The notes under the pieces were generated by a model. It had not been told where the DNA came from. It saw only the letters and a list, made by a program, of their open reading frames with translations, and ran no database searches. From positions 1-6,336 of the IMG/VR virus record IMGVR_UViG_3300029749_000251: DNA of 6,336 bases, one strand, 5' to 3'. Shown piece after piece: positions 5,180 to 6,336 of this stretch (position 1 is the stretch's first letter; each line of letters starts with the position of its first letter). A program made the translations under genes and the position numbers. This DNA is from a virus (taxonomy: Duplodnaviria; Heunggongvirae; Uroviricota; Caudoviricetes).

Positions 5180-6336
5180 TGTGCCAGAACAATTTATCAG
5201 CGTGAAGCTCATACACTTTGCGCTGAGCCTCTATCCAGTCGTGTTTATTGTATACTGACATTATCCCGCCAAGTTCATGACCGAGCATTCGCTCAGTAAC
5301 ATGAGGCTCGACATTCATCTCGGACAGACGTGTAACAAGCGTTCTTCTGAAATCGTGTGTTCGCCAGTAACCTAGATCCATCCCTCCCCTTATTCTATTT
5401 ACGAATCGGTTGGCTGCAGCGATGCTGATCGGCTTGCTTATGTCTTCTCCAGGGAAAAGAACATCATTATACGTTGTCATGGCCTTTTCGAGGAAAGGCT
5501 TAATTTGTTCGAAGATTGGACGGCGGATAACATTACCCATCTTGCTATGCTCTTTCGGTACGGTCCATACGTTTTCCAGCAGGTCAAATTCTGTCTTTTT
5601 TGCCAGCCTAAGCTCTGAGAGCCTCGCCCCCCACAGCATAAGCATCTGATGAAGTAGCTTATTTGACGTAGACGCACGGCTTCTTTCAATAGCAAGCCAA
5701 ATCTTAGCCAGTTCGTGATACGACAGTACCCGATCCCCTACCTCAGCGCGGGAGCCGAAGTCCCTTGGTTGGATGCTCATAATTGCGCAACTATCTATCA
5801 ACTGACGCCGCATGCACCAACTTATTGCTGATCTTAGTTGACTTAGCACCTGCCTTGCTCGGCGTGGATTATCTCTTTCTTCTTCGGTAAGCAGGTCAAC
5901 CCATTGCTTAACCGTGATAGAAGATGCCGGACGATTAGGAAAGGCGTCATGCATGCGCTTCATAACCGTTGATCGGTAAAGTGCCTGGGTCTTTTCTCTG
6001 AGAGTTGTAGAGACGTAGTTGTCGAACCAGTAGTCGAGACACTGGGCGACCGTCATGGAGTTCTCCACCTTCTCTTCAAAATAAGTGCGTGGATCCGTTC
6101 CTGAGAAATAGAGCTTTCGCAAGTCAGCAGTGATCTGTCTGGCATCCTTCAAAGACAGGGATGGGTATCGACCAAGCCCAAGTCGATTAGGCTTGCCATG
6201 CCAGCGATAGCGGTACTGGAACTGGATGACCCCCTTCGGTGAAATTCGTACGCTGAGGCCATCGGCATCAGCCACTTCTTGTGGGCCCGAATATGGTTTA
6301 CCATAAATAGTACGCAGTTTTGTGTCGCTTATAGCC
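5160..6336 (-). CDS. int: P4-type tyrosine integrase (site-specific recombinase), N-terminus a few codons beyond the window end
   Basis: The N-terminal arm-binding region (…DTKLR…GLSVRISPKGVIQFQYRYRWHGKPNRLGLGRYPSLSLKDARQ) matches the P4/CP4-57 integrase pattern. The C-terminal catalytic residues are visible: R in WGARLSEL, HxxR in THDFRRT, H/W in MLGHELGG, and the Tyr nucleophile in VYNKHDW. The frame stays open from 6275 to 6336 (…AISDTKLRTIYGKPYSGPQEV-ADADG…), so the listed GTG at 6273-6275 is internal and the true start is off-window. Confidence 0.95.
   Translation of the reverse strand, partial: AISDTKLRTIYGKPYSGPQEVADADGLSVRISPKGVIQFQYRYRWHGKPNRLGLGRYPSLSLKDARQITADLRKLYFSGTDPRTYFEEKVENSMTVAQCLDYWFDNYVSTTLREKTQALYRSTVMKRMHDAFPNRPASSITVKQWVDLLTEEERDNPRRARQVLSQLRSAISWCMRRQLIDSCAIMSIQPRDFGSRAEVGDRVLSYHELAKIWLAIERSRASTSNKLLHQMLMLWGARLSELRLAKKTEFDLLENVWTVPKEHSKMGNVIRRPIFEQIKPFLEKAMTTYNDVLFPGEDISKPISIAAANRFVNRIRGGMDLGYWRTHDFRRTLVTRLSEMNVEPHVTERMLGHELGGIMSVYNKHDWIEAQRKVYELHADKLFWHIRSISD

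Larger units (their letters stand above)
1..6336. mobile_element. Segment of a cryptic/defective prophage or genomic island (tail-fibre remnants, Xis/AlpA-like gene, P4-type integrase, low-GC cargo gene)
   Basis: Co-occurrence of tfa, a truncated stf, an AlpA-family gene and a tyrosine integrase; strong compositional mosaicism (roughly 28% GC for 120-2090 versus about 50% in the right half, judged by eye). Gene order and strands resemble E. coli K-12 CPS-53/KplE1 (yfdI-yfdK-yfdL-yfdM...yfdR-yfdS-yfdT-torI) as I recall it. Element boundaries (att sites) are not visible in the window. Confidence 0.7.

Noticed and set aside
5037-5695. ORFs 5037-5258 (+), 5410-5649 (+) and 5477-5695 (-)
   Set aside because: They are embedded in or antisense to the integrase and Xis-like genes, which have clear family signatures; these are shadow ORFs.

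Overview
The window reads as a mosaic segment of a cryptic lambdoid-type prophage, resembling the E. coli CPS-53/KplE1 layout from memory, abutting a P4-type tyrosine integrase gene. From left to right it contains: about 890 bp of AT-rich non-coding DNA; a very low-GC polytopic membrane protein gene (+); a tail-fibre assembly gene and the 3' remnant of a side tail-fibre gene (-); a small, apparently chimeric ORF (-); a roughly 470-bp GC-rich, hairpin-dense block with no credible ORF; a translationally coupled three-gene operon (HD-domain phosphohydrolase plus two small proteins, +); and an AlpA/Xis-family gene (+) whose 3' end overlaps the 3' end of the integrase gene (-, N-terminus just off the window). 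I found no rRNA, tRNA, CRISPR array or transposase. The most unexplained signal is the structured GC-rich block at 3200-3670, flanked by a divergent small ORF and the HD-domain operon; I regard it as a candidate structured RNA or regulatory leader, not a demonstrated system. All homology statements are from reading the translations and from memory of protein families; no database search was run.
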